Positions 11,606 to 23,700 of a stretch of DNA of 64,000 nt are shown one piece after another. The translations under genes were made by a program, and so were the position numbers. The notes beneath the pieces are model-generated. The model did no database searches, had not been told where the DNA came from, and saw only the letters and a list, made by a program, of their open reading frames with translations. The stretch's first letter is position 1; every line of letters begins with the position of its first letter. The stretch spans positions 574,594 through 638,593 of the forward strand of contig WELA01002258.1 of NCBI GenBank assembly GCA_009602735.1. Reading direction: 5' to 3'. The DNA comes from Mesotaenium endlicherianum (lineage: Eukaryota).

Positions 11606-11964
11606 TTGTCATTTCAGTGGGCATGGACAGGTGACAGGAGGTCTTGTCTCCATATAAGTCGGAGGGAAATGTGACAGTTAGTGACAGATAGTGACAGTTG
11701 TGACAGGCAGCCCACCTTTAACATTAAGTTGGAGGGAGTGTGTTCCGTCTCGGGATCAGCCAGGCGAAGTTTTACAACCATCCTACACACTCAACTTGCG
11801 CTCCTACTCACTATTTCTCTCTAACTCAATTCTCTCTTATACTCACTCACACAAGGTACTACACACTAGGGACTCTCCCTATCACGTTCTTCTTCACCAC
11901 GGGCACTCAGTAGCGGCAAAGTATCATGACTTCAGTGACTGCATTGTGTTTATGATTGAGCAGG

Positions 11965-13646
11965 ATGACCCAGAAGTCAAAACTTAAGAGGAAGAGAAGA
12001 GCGGAAGAGGCACATGCAGAATACTTGCAATTACGTGGCGACATCGAATCATCCTCCATCTCCGCTCGGGACTCACAACGACTCCAATAACAGCGGGAGG
12101 CACAGAAGAAGGAGGAGGAGGAACAGGCCAAACTGAGGCAGGAAGAACTGGACAAAAAAGCTGCAGAGGAGGCCAAGAAGGCAGAGGAGGAGAGGCAAGC
12201 TGAGGAGAGGCGGAAGCAGCAGGCTGAAGATGAACAGAGGAGAATCAACAGCTACCGCTACACAGTGCTGGGCAAGGGCTTTGAGCTACTGGAGGAGGCC
12301 TTCAAGTATGCCCAGAGGAGTCGCAGTGAGTCACAGAAGGACATCCTGCAGAGGGAAGAGGAGACATCTCAAAACTTTGACAAGTATATAGAGGTAAGCA
12401 CAGGGCTCCTCCTCTACCACGATTATGCCAGGATGGTAGGATATATAGTCAGAGAGGCCAAGGCAATGGCCCAAGTGAATGAAGCAAGAGCTGTATTGAT
12501 TCCAGGTATCTGGGGGGAAGATAGGGTCATCAAGATGATCCCCATGGACGCGGACAGCTTTAAGGACTCTACATCCCATAACAGGTTCAAGGCCATGTAT
12601 AATGAGGTGGAGAGGAGGAGCTGGAAGTTCTTGGCCAGGGAAACCAGTCAGCTGGACTTTGCAGGGCATTGGTACCCGTGTACTCTGAAAAGGACAGACC
12701 CTGCCATTTTCCAGAAGCTCACCGATTGGCCGTGGATGACCATCAACATGAGGGACCAGCAGAATGACAGGGCAGGGGAAGAAGATTTTCTAACAGACCT
12801 ACAGGGGAATATTGTGTTGCCTCCTCACATTGCAGCTTGGGACCCAAGGCTGGATGGAGTAAGGGACTGTATGAGTCAAGAAATGCAGCAGGACAGGAGC
12901 AGGGCCCGCGAGGCATTCTCTGAAAGGAAGCACGCTTATGCCGAATGGGCAAGCAAGCAGGGAGACAAAAACTTGTATGCGGTCAGGACTCAACAGCCTC
13001 CACCAGCACCCAAAAGGGGAAGATCGGTGGGGTACTCTTTTCTCGGGCAGAGCTGGAGCAGCTGACAGAGGAAACCCCAGCAATCTCAGAGGAGCCGGGG
13101 GAAGAAGAGGAGGAGTCAGAAAAAGAAGAGGAGGAAGACAAGGAAGAGGACACTAGCCCCGCTGTGACCCCGACACCTGCCACATCTCCTGTAGTAGAGA
13201 AGACTGGGTTGGCCAGGGCAGACACAGCTCTGCACCAGCTCGGTGAAGAGGAAGATATCACTTGACTAGGAACTGCTAGGGGACAAAGCCCGATTGCTGG
13301 CGCAGAGACCCAGTCAGACAGGGCAGACAGAAGGGCTGCCAGAGAAATAGCCAGAGGCCTACCAGCATCTCCCTTGCAGAGAGGACATGTGCCCTTGGCT
13401 CATATCATGCAACATCCTTCAAGGATGCCGCTATATGTACCTGTCACTTTGAGGGATGTCCAAGAGAAGGCTGCCTCCCTTCAGTTTCACACTGTGCAGG
13501 AGGAAACAACCCAGTTATTACGTTCTCCCCTTGGTTCCCCCTACTAGGAGCCCCCAGGCTTCAGGAGACCCCAAGACAGAAGCAGGAGATCTGGCTCTCG
13601 GTCTCGCTCCCCTGATCGTAGAGCCCCAAGAACATCTCCTTCATAA
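11965..13646 (+). pseudogene. Additional sense ORF of element B between pol and the 3' LTR; unknown protein
   Basis: ATG 11965 (MTQKSKLKRKRR..) is in frame with ORF 12265-13065 across one TAA. It continues through frameshifts and stops into an acidic tract and an RS-rich tail (RSRRSGSRSRSPDRR..*). Confidence 0.7.
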
Positions 13647-13732
13647 GGGCAGTAGGCTAAGGGGAAGGAACTCAGTTTTCAGTTGGGGAAAAACAAATAC
13701 CGAGTGTTAGTGTTGTCGAGGCGACAACCTGT

Positions 13733-13745
13733 TAAGTTGGAGGGA
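13733..13745 (+). promoter_or_regulatory. Polypurine tract of element B
   Basis: TAAGTTGGAGGGA immediately before the 3' LTR, preceded by the hairpin GTTGTCG-AGG-CGACAAC. Confidence 0.75.
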
Positions 13746-13746
13746 T

Positions 13747-14459
13747 TATAATGAATAAGTGTATTGGTAGATATAATATTCATTTAAATATAATAGTAAG
13801 TAAGTTCAACGTGCTGAACTTAGTCAGTATTGAGTTTGCTGAACTTTATATAATTACCAGTTAATGACTCAGCCGGGAGGAGCAGGCTGAAGTCTTCTAG
13901 GTCAGCTTGCTGACACATTCTTTGCCAGCTAGCTACCTTTCGTACTCGGTAGCAGCGAACTGCCTACATATGCATCTAAGTGTAGTGTGCTAGATGAATG
14001 GCCAGATGACATCCTTCGGATGGATGGCGATTCGGGATAATGGGAGATGGCGGTGGATTTGGTTAACCGAGGTCCTACAAACGTGGTTAACTCCCGGGTA
14101 GGCGGTGCCATCGCACTGGCGGTTGAACAGTAAACTTATTCCATGTACATATGCTAGGTATTGCCCTTGAGTTCAGCATTCGGAAACGAGGCCAACTCTT
14201 TTGTACAGCTTACTGAGAGGGATCTGAATCCAAGGCGAGAAGCCATTGATATGCACTGTCTCCTAGCCCTGCTTATATGTGAGTTTACTGATTGCATTAT
14301 TGATGCTAGTTTACTTCCATTTGACTTACGAGTATTGTCCACTGCTAGTGTGTTGTCTTGCTATTTAATCATTCAACAAAAAATACCATAAAGAATACTT
14401 GCTGATATAAAGATCTTCATTAATTGTTAATCGCCTATTTGGTAAGTCGATTCATTTGA
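13747..14459 (+). repeat. Family B 3' LTR
   Basis: Direct copy of the 5' LTR. Termini mutated (TATAATG..CATTTGA). Followed by TSD CCAGC. Confidence 0.92.
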
Positions 14460-15101
14460 CCAGCTTTGGGGAAGCATTAGAGTTTGCTGAAGGATGCAAG
14501 GTATGTGATGAAGATGGTAGTGAGAGCGACGAGCAGAGGTTAGTCATCAGCCGCTGGCTAGAGAAGCAATTAATCCGATGACTTTTGCACCTAAGGAGGT
14601 TGAAGCAAAGAGGAGAAGAGGGCAACGGGGTGAAGATTCTTCTGTCGTAACAGGTGATATTGACGATAGTCGGACAAGAAGATAAAAAGAGTTTCCTCAT
14701 TCTATGTTTGGTAGCGGACCTTCTAGAAGGCCTTGCGAAAATTGGAAAGTATTGCTATTAGTAATGAGCTGACCAGGAAGAAGGGTGAGGGCAAAGAGAT
14801 CCCGACGAATGTTAGAGCACCACCTTCCCCGGAGGCGCATGGCACTCAGTAGGCAGCTGAGAGATTTGCAGCAGACAACGGTAGAGGTCAGTAAGTGGCT
14901 GTGCCTTCACTTTACTCCATGTAAGCAGTCGTGCCTTTCCAAATTGAAACCATTTCTATAGGTTATGCTATGCATCTTCTTCCACATGGCTTAGCCTTTA
15001 AGGAGTCTTTTACTTGCTTGTGCTAGTTGACATGTGACTTGTGCCCTATCTGTTAACAACTGGCACTTGTTTTCTACGAGCTTGCATTTATTCTAGATCC
15101 T

Positions 15102-15604
15102 TGTAGTGATACAGATAGATAAAGTACTTAGTCAAATAGAATACTTTATCTATTCAAGACAAGGATCTTTGAACACAAGTGGTAGCTTCTTGAAAGAGAG
15201 ATGGCTTCTTGAAAGTTAATATATTTCTGGATTTTGGCAAGTACAAGAGTGACTCTGGAATGTCTGTCTATGTTCTAGCTCTTGTTTATATACTTGCTAC
15301 ATAAGTAAGTTCTAGGAAAGTGTATGTTGATGTGTTGGCACCCAACACATCCCAAAACTTGCCACCTCTTTGTAGAATAATGTACACATGTCCTTTAGAC
15401 CTAAAAATGGCACATTTGACTTTTGCCACATGGAGTTCTTCTAGGTCTTTCCTCTAACTTCGAAAATGCCTTGGAAGGTTCAAAGGACATGAACCAAGTT
15501 ACTAGAGTACCTATTCACACTTGACTCCACACAATACTACTCCAAATATATTTGAAAACATTAAAATATATGCAACTAAATATATAATAACTCAAATCAC
15601 TACA
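15102..15604 (-). mobile_element. Second solo LTR of family A, in an intron of the UBE2Q-like pseudogene
   Basis: TGTAGTGA...TCACTACA, highly similar to the family A LTRs. Flanks share TCCT (15098-15101, 15605-15608). Confidence 0.95.
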
Positions 15605-18600
15605 TCCTTGTCTTCCCATGTTGTCTAATGCACCCCCTTTGGCACAGCATTGTCTTGAAACTGCTATGAGCTGTGGTGCATTTGCTTACTGGTGGTATAC
15701 AGGGAATTCTTGACTTGCCATTCTTGACTTAAGACCTCTCTTGCATCAGCAAGCGAAGGTAGAAATTCGCAGGTCATCCACATAATCAGTGTATGGCAGA
15801 ATAGTAGCATAGAATTCAAAGATGCCAATGATGTCCCAAATGTTGCAACATGCAGTTGAAGGCGGAGGTGTCACTGCTGTCTGACGAAGACTTCTACCAG
15901 TGGAATGTCACTCTTGATGGACTCCCTCCAGAGAGCCCCCTCTTCTCTGGCCTATTGAGGTGAAACTATTTTCCAACATGTTTCTGTTTCTTTTATCTTC
16001 AAACCACATGTATTAGAGTTGTAAGTCACCTCTATCTGCAGCTGTACTTTTGGCCCTGAAGGTGGGGTGCAATTGCCTCGTATGACTCCCTCTTCTCCCT
16101 CTGCAGAGCACAGCTGTCATCGTGAAACTTTTGATGTACCAAATGTACGCCATTATTTGATACTTGTTTGTCCACCTTGAGTTGTCTTTAATCAAAACAA
16201 CTCTGTTGTCTGCATTCGAAGCATTGAACTAACAACAAGTAGCTCTGGTTTTCCAGGAGTCCTGCCACAATCACAGCCACTCGTGGATGCCCATAGTGTC
16301 ACAATCCGAACCTAATTCTTATCGTGGTGATTCCTTGGCAGGACCCTTATACTTAGGACTTTCTCTTGCATGCCAACAGGATCATTATCTGACTGAAATT
16401 GTTGTTATCGCAATTTCACCGCTTGGCCTCTTGGCACTTCCACCGTGACAGGACCTCTGACAAGAAGGGCGATGGCTCCTCTCGGCCCCTTGGCCCTGCA
16501 AGCGTGGCAGGACCCTCGACAAGAAGGTCATCCTGCACATGACCTTCAGTGGCGCCTTCCCCTTCGAGCCACCATTTGTCCGCGTCCTACCCCTCCTCCC
16601 CGGCCTCTCTACGTCTACCTCGTGTGTTTTTGTTCTCAGCTCAGCTGGAGATTTTGTATGTCCTGGAGGACTGGTTCTGATGTAGTGCAACTCCAAGTGT
16701 AAATCTTGCAGATATAAGGAGGTCGCAAGGGCCCATCGCTGGAGGCCTATCCTCCTGTGAGGGCTGTTCTAGCGTTCCGGCATTCCGGCGTGCGACAGTG
16801 GCTTCCTCTTAGTGACTTTCCACATCTAAAGGCCCGAGCTAGATGCACTTCTTGCTACCTAGCTATAGCCTCTAGCTTACTTCACGTGTTGCACACCTTT
16901 TTGTTTTTATGTAGACCACTAATACGTTAATAGATGGAAAGCTGAGATTCCGAAATTGGACTTAGTTATTCTGCTAGAAGTGAATCAGTAGGGCAGCTCA
17001 TTTTCACGTGTGTACATGCACCTTTGTCTGAAGTAAGTATATTAGTGGGACGAGAATGTGTTGGGCTGTCCCCCTTTGCCTGCAGTTGCTGGTTCGTAAC
17101 AAAATGTAGAGAGATGGGCTTATTGTTGATAGCATGTGTCGAAGATCCTAGATTTGTACTTTGCATTGGCAGTTGTCGTGGTGTCATTGTTGGGAACAGA
17201 CATTTCATGTTTGCTAGCGGTACGCAATTAAGTTAAGATGGAAGAATTATAGAACCATTGGCTTGCAACAATTTTATTTGGAGATTGAAGCGAGTGCATT
17301 TGCAAACTAAAATGAAGTCAACCCACTTGGAGAGTGCTTAATGCTTGATGCGGACCTTCTGACGAGATCCCCCAGCTGCATTTGCTCAAGAGAGTCTTCA
17401 AAATGGTTCACGTGAACCAGAATTGAGCATGTGTTTTTCCAGTGTATAGCACAAGGGAGAGCTTGATACTGCCAGGTGGCAGCACCCTTCCAACCTTAGC
17501 TACTTCAACACAAGCTCAGTTTCAAATGAATGAAGCCGAAAAGTTTTGTGCAGACAATTGCTCGAGCTGGGGTTCATGTTACAGCCTGCCAAGCTTGCAA
17601 CTTGTGTGGGAAGATTACCAACATATTCACTCCAAAAACTCGAATACTCCTTTCAATGCTTGCAGCGCTATCGAATGCTTTCGACAGCCGTAAAGAGATG
17701 AACTAGAGTGAGATTTCGGCAAGAGCTCTGGAGCTGTTGAGACTGAACATATTGATTGTCATGATCAAGCTTCACCTTTGTTTGGTGGATGCTCAAGCTT
17801 AGGCCACACCCATGCGACGTAGATGAAGGATGTACACAGCAGCAATGCTCCTCCTAAAAACCATCACATCCATTGCTGATACTACTGTATATCAGTATAA
17901 GATGCACCATTGAAATGACCAACAAACAGTACACAATGAGCACAGAACAGACAATGGAACACAGTTTGCGCACGTGGTCCAAAAAAAAGGTCTTGTTTAT
18001 CATTAAATAAGTTTGAGGCACAGACACCTGTATACACCAGAGTAGTGGGCTATGTACAAAGTGATGTCCTCACTGCCTCTGCTAACCTTGAGATTGAACC
18101 TTCTTGCTAATGTCCGCCCGACCCTCAATCTCGCCCTATCATCCTGCTTTTTCAACAAATATTTACGATCGCTACCAACTCTATGCTCCCACATTCAGCT
18201 TTTGGCGGGTTTTGATGCCACAGTGGCGTATGTCTTCTGCCTGACATACACAATGGCAGGCTTGATGTCCTCGGTCAAGTGTGGGGGTGCCGGTGGCTAG
18301 GCCACCGTTGTGCTAAGACTCGCCCGAGGAGTCAGTGTATCAAACTGGAAAAAGGAAAACGGTTCACCAGCCCCAAGTTCCACTGTCTTCAGGAAGCTAT
18401 CGGCCTGCTGCCCTGCAGAAGGCGTGTTCAGTTCCGAAAAGCTCAGCCAGTGGTTATGCGTGGGCTGTCCGGCAGGTCGGCTGGACCACCACGGCCATCC
18501 CTCGAGAGGGCCGTAATCTCGAAAGGACTGGCCTGTAGGTGCTTCTGCTTTCGATGATGGTCGCTGGATGATCTTCCTGCAGACAACAAACAAATGAAAA

Positions 18601-20136
18601 GGCAATGAACCCACCACACTACGTTACAGAAACGAAGCAGTACACACATTACCAGATAACTTCATTTGCGCTAAAGCCAAGGGGCAGAGCTTACATATTC
18701 AGCACCGCGTAGGAGCGGTCTATGAACGCCTTCTTCCAGAGCAAGCCACTACAAGCCTAGAGTAAAATGCCTGGTCTTGCGAGAACGCAATGTATACCAG
18801 AGTACAATGCTCTTGCTTTATAAGCGTCAAAGAGACGTCTTCTTCGGCTGCTTATAAGTGAGACCTCTTCTTCGGCTGGGCAGGACAGCGCATAGGCCCA
18901 TCACTGCCTTCCGGCGCCTGGTTGGTCACTTTCTCCGTACAAGTGGGGCGTTCAAAGTAATGGTCCACATTGTCCGCACGCCCATGCCAGCCTCGTCTAG
19001 TATCACCATGTTATCTCCCAATAGGAACTGTTTCCTGTGGGGCTTCAGCTTCTTATTTGTCATCTTGACTTGGGCATCTACCTTGATCACCACCTTCGTC
19101 TTTGAAGTTTGGACACTTGTGAACGTCCTTGTGGCTTTAAAGAGTCGGCCCTTTTATTTCAACCTCGAGGCACCACTGCGGTGAGGACACGGCGACGGAA
19201 GTGGTCGGGAGTGCACGCTAGAGTCCAACTCGACGTCCTCAACTGCCCGTTCGTCGTTGCTGATGTACTCGAGTACGATAATGCTGCGTCGTTAGACGTT
19301 TGTTGTCATTTGCATAACTACACAAGTTCTGTTTCCCGACACTAGGTCTATCCTTATTTGAATTTTTTTAGTCGGCTCGTCTCGGAGGTCCCGAATTGTC
19401 TTAAACGAGCTTCCTGGCATCTGTATCGTTATCCTGTTTGTTTTCCCAACACTAGGTGGATCTATCCTTAGCTCGACGTCCCGACTACGAGAAATTTACC
19501 CAGTTTAATAGCTCCTGGCATCGTATTGGGGATGATCGGCGACCATAGGGATGATGGGGCGACCAAGCGTCAAAACGGCACACTAGAGGTCCGACTGTAG
19601 TGAAACAGATAGATAAAGTACTTAGTAAAACAGAATACTTTATCTATTCAAGACAAGGATCTTTGAACACAAGTGGTAGCTTCTTGAAAGAGAGATGGCT
19701 TCTTGAAAGTTAATATATTTCTGGATTTTGGCAAGTACAAGAGTGATTCTGGAATTCTCTTTCTATGTTCTAGCTCTTGTTTATATACTTGCTACATAAG
19801 TAATTTCTAGGAAGGTGTATGTTGATGTGTTGGCACCCAACACATCCCAAAACTTGCCACCTCTTTCTAGAATAATGTACACATGTCCTTTTGACCTAAA
19901 AATGGCACATTTGACTTTTGCCACATGGAGTTCTTCTAGGTCTTTCCTCTAACTTCGAAAATGCCTTGGAAGGTTCAAAGGACATGAACCAAGTTACTAG
20001 AGTACCTATTCACACTTGACTCCACACAATACTACTCCAAATATATTTGAAAACATTAAAATATATGCAAACTAATATATAATAACTCAAATCACTACAT
20101 CACCCCCCCGATAGAAAAAGCGACGTCTCGGCGCGT

Positions 20137-20265
20137 CAAGTCAGGTCTTACACATGTGGAGCAAACTAGTCAACAGTTTCAAGTCAGATGCCACACATGT
20201 GAAGAGGACTAGTCAAAGGCGCCAAGTCAGGTGCTACACATGTAAGGTAGACTAGGCAAGGTCGT
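20137..20265. repeat. 43-bp degenerate tandem repeat x3 in the 3' non-coding region of element A
   Basis: caagtcag....acacatgt......actag.caa.. starting at 20137, 20180 and 20223. Confidence 0.8.
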
Positions 20266-20783
20266 AGGTGGTGTGACCTTATTGGCTAGCCTACTCCTTA
20301 ATGATAAAGAAAATTGTACAAGTTGGCCCAGAATCTGCCACAAACTCAAAAATTCATAGCGGCCACAGAACTGCTCCAAATCTGAAAATTTGAGTGTCAG
20401 ATGGACCGCGTCAAAGAACTCTACCGTGTCACCAAATTTGAGAGCATTCTCATTTCTGGAGTGTCGTTGAGAGCTGAGAGAGTAGGCACTCCTCCAAATC
20501 TGTGCAGAAACTTCTGAAAATCATAAGTCCTTCTATACTTCTCCAAATTCTGCAAACTAAGTCTCAAACTGGGCGCTGTAAGATGTTCTACCAGAGTCTT
20601 GAGTTTCAGAGCATTCCAAGTTCAGGGGAAGGCACAATGTCAGAAGGCATATTCTGTCCTAACAATGCCAGCAACCTGACCCCCTTCTACTTAGAGCATC
20701 ATTTCTCTCGCACCAGAGCTCCAAATTGAGCAAACTTGGACTCTAAATGACCGACTACTCATGGACTACAGCCAGGTAAATTT

Positions 20784-23700
20784 TCAGAATTTATTATGAA
20801 GAGACCTATCGCCAGTAGCAATTTTAGTTTTCTGTCTAGAAACTGCAAGAAGAGAAAAGTGTCTAATGTCATTTTTTCCTCTTGTGGTTCTTGCAGGCTG
20901 CCTCCAAGGGGTCTTCTGCTGCTTCTTGATGGTGGCAGGCTGCCTCCCTGAAGTCTCCGGGCTTCTAGTAGAGAGACTTGGGGCTGGTCCAAGATGGGGG
21001 TTGGCGGTATGGAAGCGCTTCAACTTTCGTTGAACTTTGTCAAGGTAGTGCGCCGCCACCCAACTATTCTCCGAATCTGGATATCCTTTCCACTTGATCA
21101 AGTATTGCTGCTGTCTCCTGAAATTTCTCATAGCCACTATGTCTTCCACTTCGTACTCCAAATGATCATCCACTATTGTTGGGGCTGGTGGGGTTGTCAC
21201 ACGTCCTGGGAACTTGTTGTCGGGTTGCACATATGGCTTGAAGAGGGAAGCGTGGAATACGGGGTCGATGTGCATAGTCTGGGGAAGTTCTAGCTTGAAA
21301 GCAACGGGGTTGACTTGCTGGATAATCTTGAAGGGTCCCAAATACTTGGGAGAGAACTTGCTGCCGGCAGGCCTGTTGTTCAGGGAAATACTCCTGGATG
21401 ATAGTAACACGTTGCCACCCACTCTGTACGTAATTTCTCTTCTGGATCTGTTCGCCACTCTTGCTTGAGCATCTTGCGCGTGTTGTAGAGCTTTCTTCGC
21501 TGCTGTAAGGGCTGCTTCTAATGTCTCCATAAAATATGTGGCTGCAGGTACTTCATCATGGCCAGCCGTGAAGCTCAGTGGCGTGGTCGGATGGAAGCCA
21601 TAGTTGAGGAAGAATGGGGACTCTTGGGTAGAGGCCTGCGTAGTGTTGTTGTAGGCAAACTCGAGGGGGGTCAAGTACATGTCCCAGTCTTGCTCGAGGG
21701 TAGACACGTAGGCCTTTAGAGAGGTCTTTAGGGTACGATTCATACGCTCGGTTTGCCCATCTGATTGTGGGTGGTAGGCAGTAGACATATCCAGCGATGT
21801 ACCCAAGTTCTTGAAGAGATTTTTCCAGAAATGGCTTGTGAATCTTGGATCTCTATCTGACACAATTCTTGATGGTAGTCCATGGAGTCGGAAGATGTTG
21901 TCAAAGATGAGTCTTGCAAGTTGTGGTGCTGTAGCCTTAGTCGTCGTGGGAATAAAATGAGCCATCTTTGTAAGTCTGTCCACCGCCGTGAGTATTGCAT
22001 TATGGCCTCGAGGTGTCACGGGCAAGTCCACGATAAGGTCCATTGAGATGTCCGTCCATTGTCTTTCGGGGATTGGTAGTGGTTGGAGGAGTCCTCCCGC
22101 CTTTTGCGATGATGGCTTGATTCTTTGGCATGTGTCACAGCTCCTGCAGTACTCCTTGACTTGCTTAGACATGCCTGGCCAACAATAAGTCCTAGCTAGA
22201 ACGCCCGTGGTCCTTAGGATTCCAAAGTGTCCTCCAAGAGGGTTGTCGTGTGCTTCTCGTAGAAGCAAGAGCCGGAGGTCTAAGTCATTAGGAACACATC
22301 TCTGGCCCGTATCTTGCCTCACCCAATAATTGCCTTCTTGCTTCTTGCATGGGTCCAAGGCTGCTTCTCCGTTCTTGTAGTAAGGGTCTCTTTCATAGGC
22401 GGCTGAAAATCGAGCTTCCAGATCTGTCTTCAGGGATACCATCACTGCATTTAATTGCAGTCTTGAGAGGGGGTCAGCCGGGTTTGTCTTGCCGGGCTGG
22501 TACTGAATCGTGATGTTGTATTGTTGCAAGTATCCGCTCCATCTTGCTTGTCTCCTTGAGAGATACGGCTGCGTTTGGAGGTGCTTTAACGCCTCGTGGT
22601 CCGTGGTGACCAGTACTTTGCGTCCTTCAACGTAGCAGCGCCAAACCTTCAAGGCATGTACAATCGCCAATGCCTCTCGCTCCGTGGTTGTATAATTTTG
22701 CTCGGCTGGATTTAGCTTCCTTGACTCGTAGGCGATGGGCTGCAGTCCCTTGCCTTGGTCTTGAAGCAGGATTGCTCCTATTGCATAGGAAGATGCATCG
22801 GTGATGACGTGGAAGGGCCAATCTGGGTTTGGACTTGGGAGTGTGAGCACCGGGGATGTGGTCAATCTTCGCTTTAACTCTTGAAATGCCTCTTCCTCTT
22901 TCTCGGTCCATGTATATAGCCTGTCCTTCTTGAGTAGATCTGTCAGGGGGGCTGCTATGTGCGAGAAGCCTTGGATGAATTTTCTGTACCAATTGGCAAA
23001 TCCCAAGAATGACTGGAGTTCTTTCTTGGTCGTGGGGGTTGGCCATTCCTCCACCACCGTGGTCTTCTTGGGGTCTATCTTGATGCCATCAGCAGTCACG
23101 TGGAGACCTAGGAACTCCACTTCTTGTTTGGCAAACTCGCATTTTGACTCCTTCGCAAACAGCTTGTTTTGCTTCAATACTTCAAGGACTTCTTTCAAGT
23201 GTCTCGCATGCTCTTCAAGGGTCTTGCTGTAGATAAGGATGTCATCGATGAATACCACCACAAATCTGTCCAACATGGGCTGAAATATGGTGTTCATCAT
23301 AGTCATAAAAGTTGCTGGCGCGTTGGTGAGTCCAAATGGCAGGACCATGAACTCAAAATGTCCATATCTTGTTGTGAATGCCGTCTTCTCTATGTCCGGT
23401 CCTGCGATGCGAATCTGGTGGTAGCTGCTCCGTAAGTCAATCTTCGTGAAGTACTTGGCTCCAACCAGCCGGTCCATGAGCTCATCCATGCGCGGCAGCG
23501 GGTATCGATTCTTGATGGTGATCTTGTTGAGGGCGCGATAGTCCACACACATCCTCAAGGTACCATCTTTCTTCTTGACAAATAGCACCGGGGCTCCAAA
23601 TGGCGACTTGCTAGGTCGAATGAAGCCATGCTCCAGTAGCTCCTTGATTTGCTTCTTGACTTCGTCTAGCTCCGTGTATGACATTTTGAACGTAGGCCGA

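Larger units (their letters stand above)
2220..14459 (+). mobile_element. Degenerate, rearranged Ty3/gypsy chromovirus (family B) with nested insertions
   Basis: Direct LTRs at 2220-3439 and 13747-14459. 5-bp TSD CCAGC at 2215-2219 and 14460-14464. PPT before the 3' LTR. gag, PR, RT, RH, INT and chromodomain remnants inside. Confidence 0.93.
1750..16760 (+). pseudogene. UBE2Q-like ubiquitin-conjugating (E2) pseudogene interrupted by element B and a solo LTR
   Basis: ORF 1824-2219 continues in frame after removal of element B (..EHAS|FGEALEFAEG.. from 14465). Downstream exon-like blocks read LSRQLRDLQQTT (ends 14880, GT); LKAEVSLLSDEDFYQWNVTLDGLPPESPLFSGLLR (15856-15959, AG..GT); TLDKKVILHMTFSGAFPFEPPFVRV (from 16511); YKEVARAHRWRPILL* (16712-16760). 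These match recalled UBE2Q motifs (LYDWxVxL, FPFDPPFVRV). In-frame stops and frameshifts are present and the catalytic-Cys block is not found. Linking the 5' part to the E2 part is inference. Confidence 0.65.

Noticed and set aside
16640..16685. GDFVCPGGLVLM as the missing E2 catalytic segment
   Set aside because: It is in frame, but lacks the Cys-Met-Glu-Leu motif, is followed by a stop and lies in intron-like sequence; probably chance.
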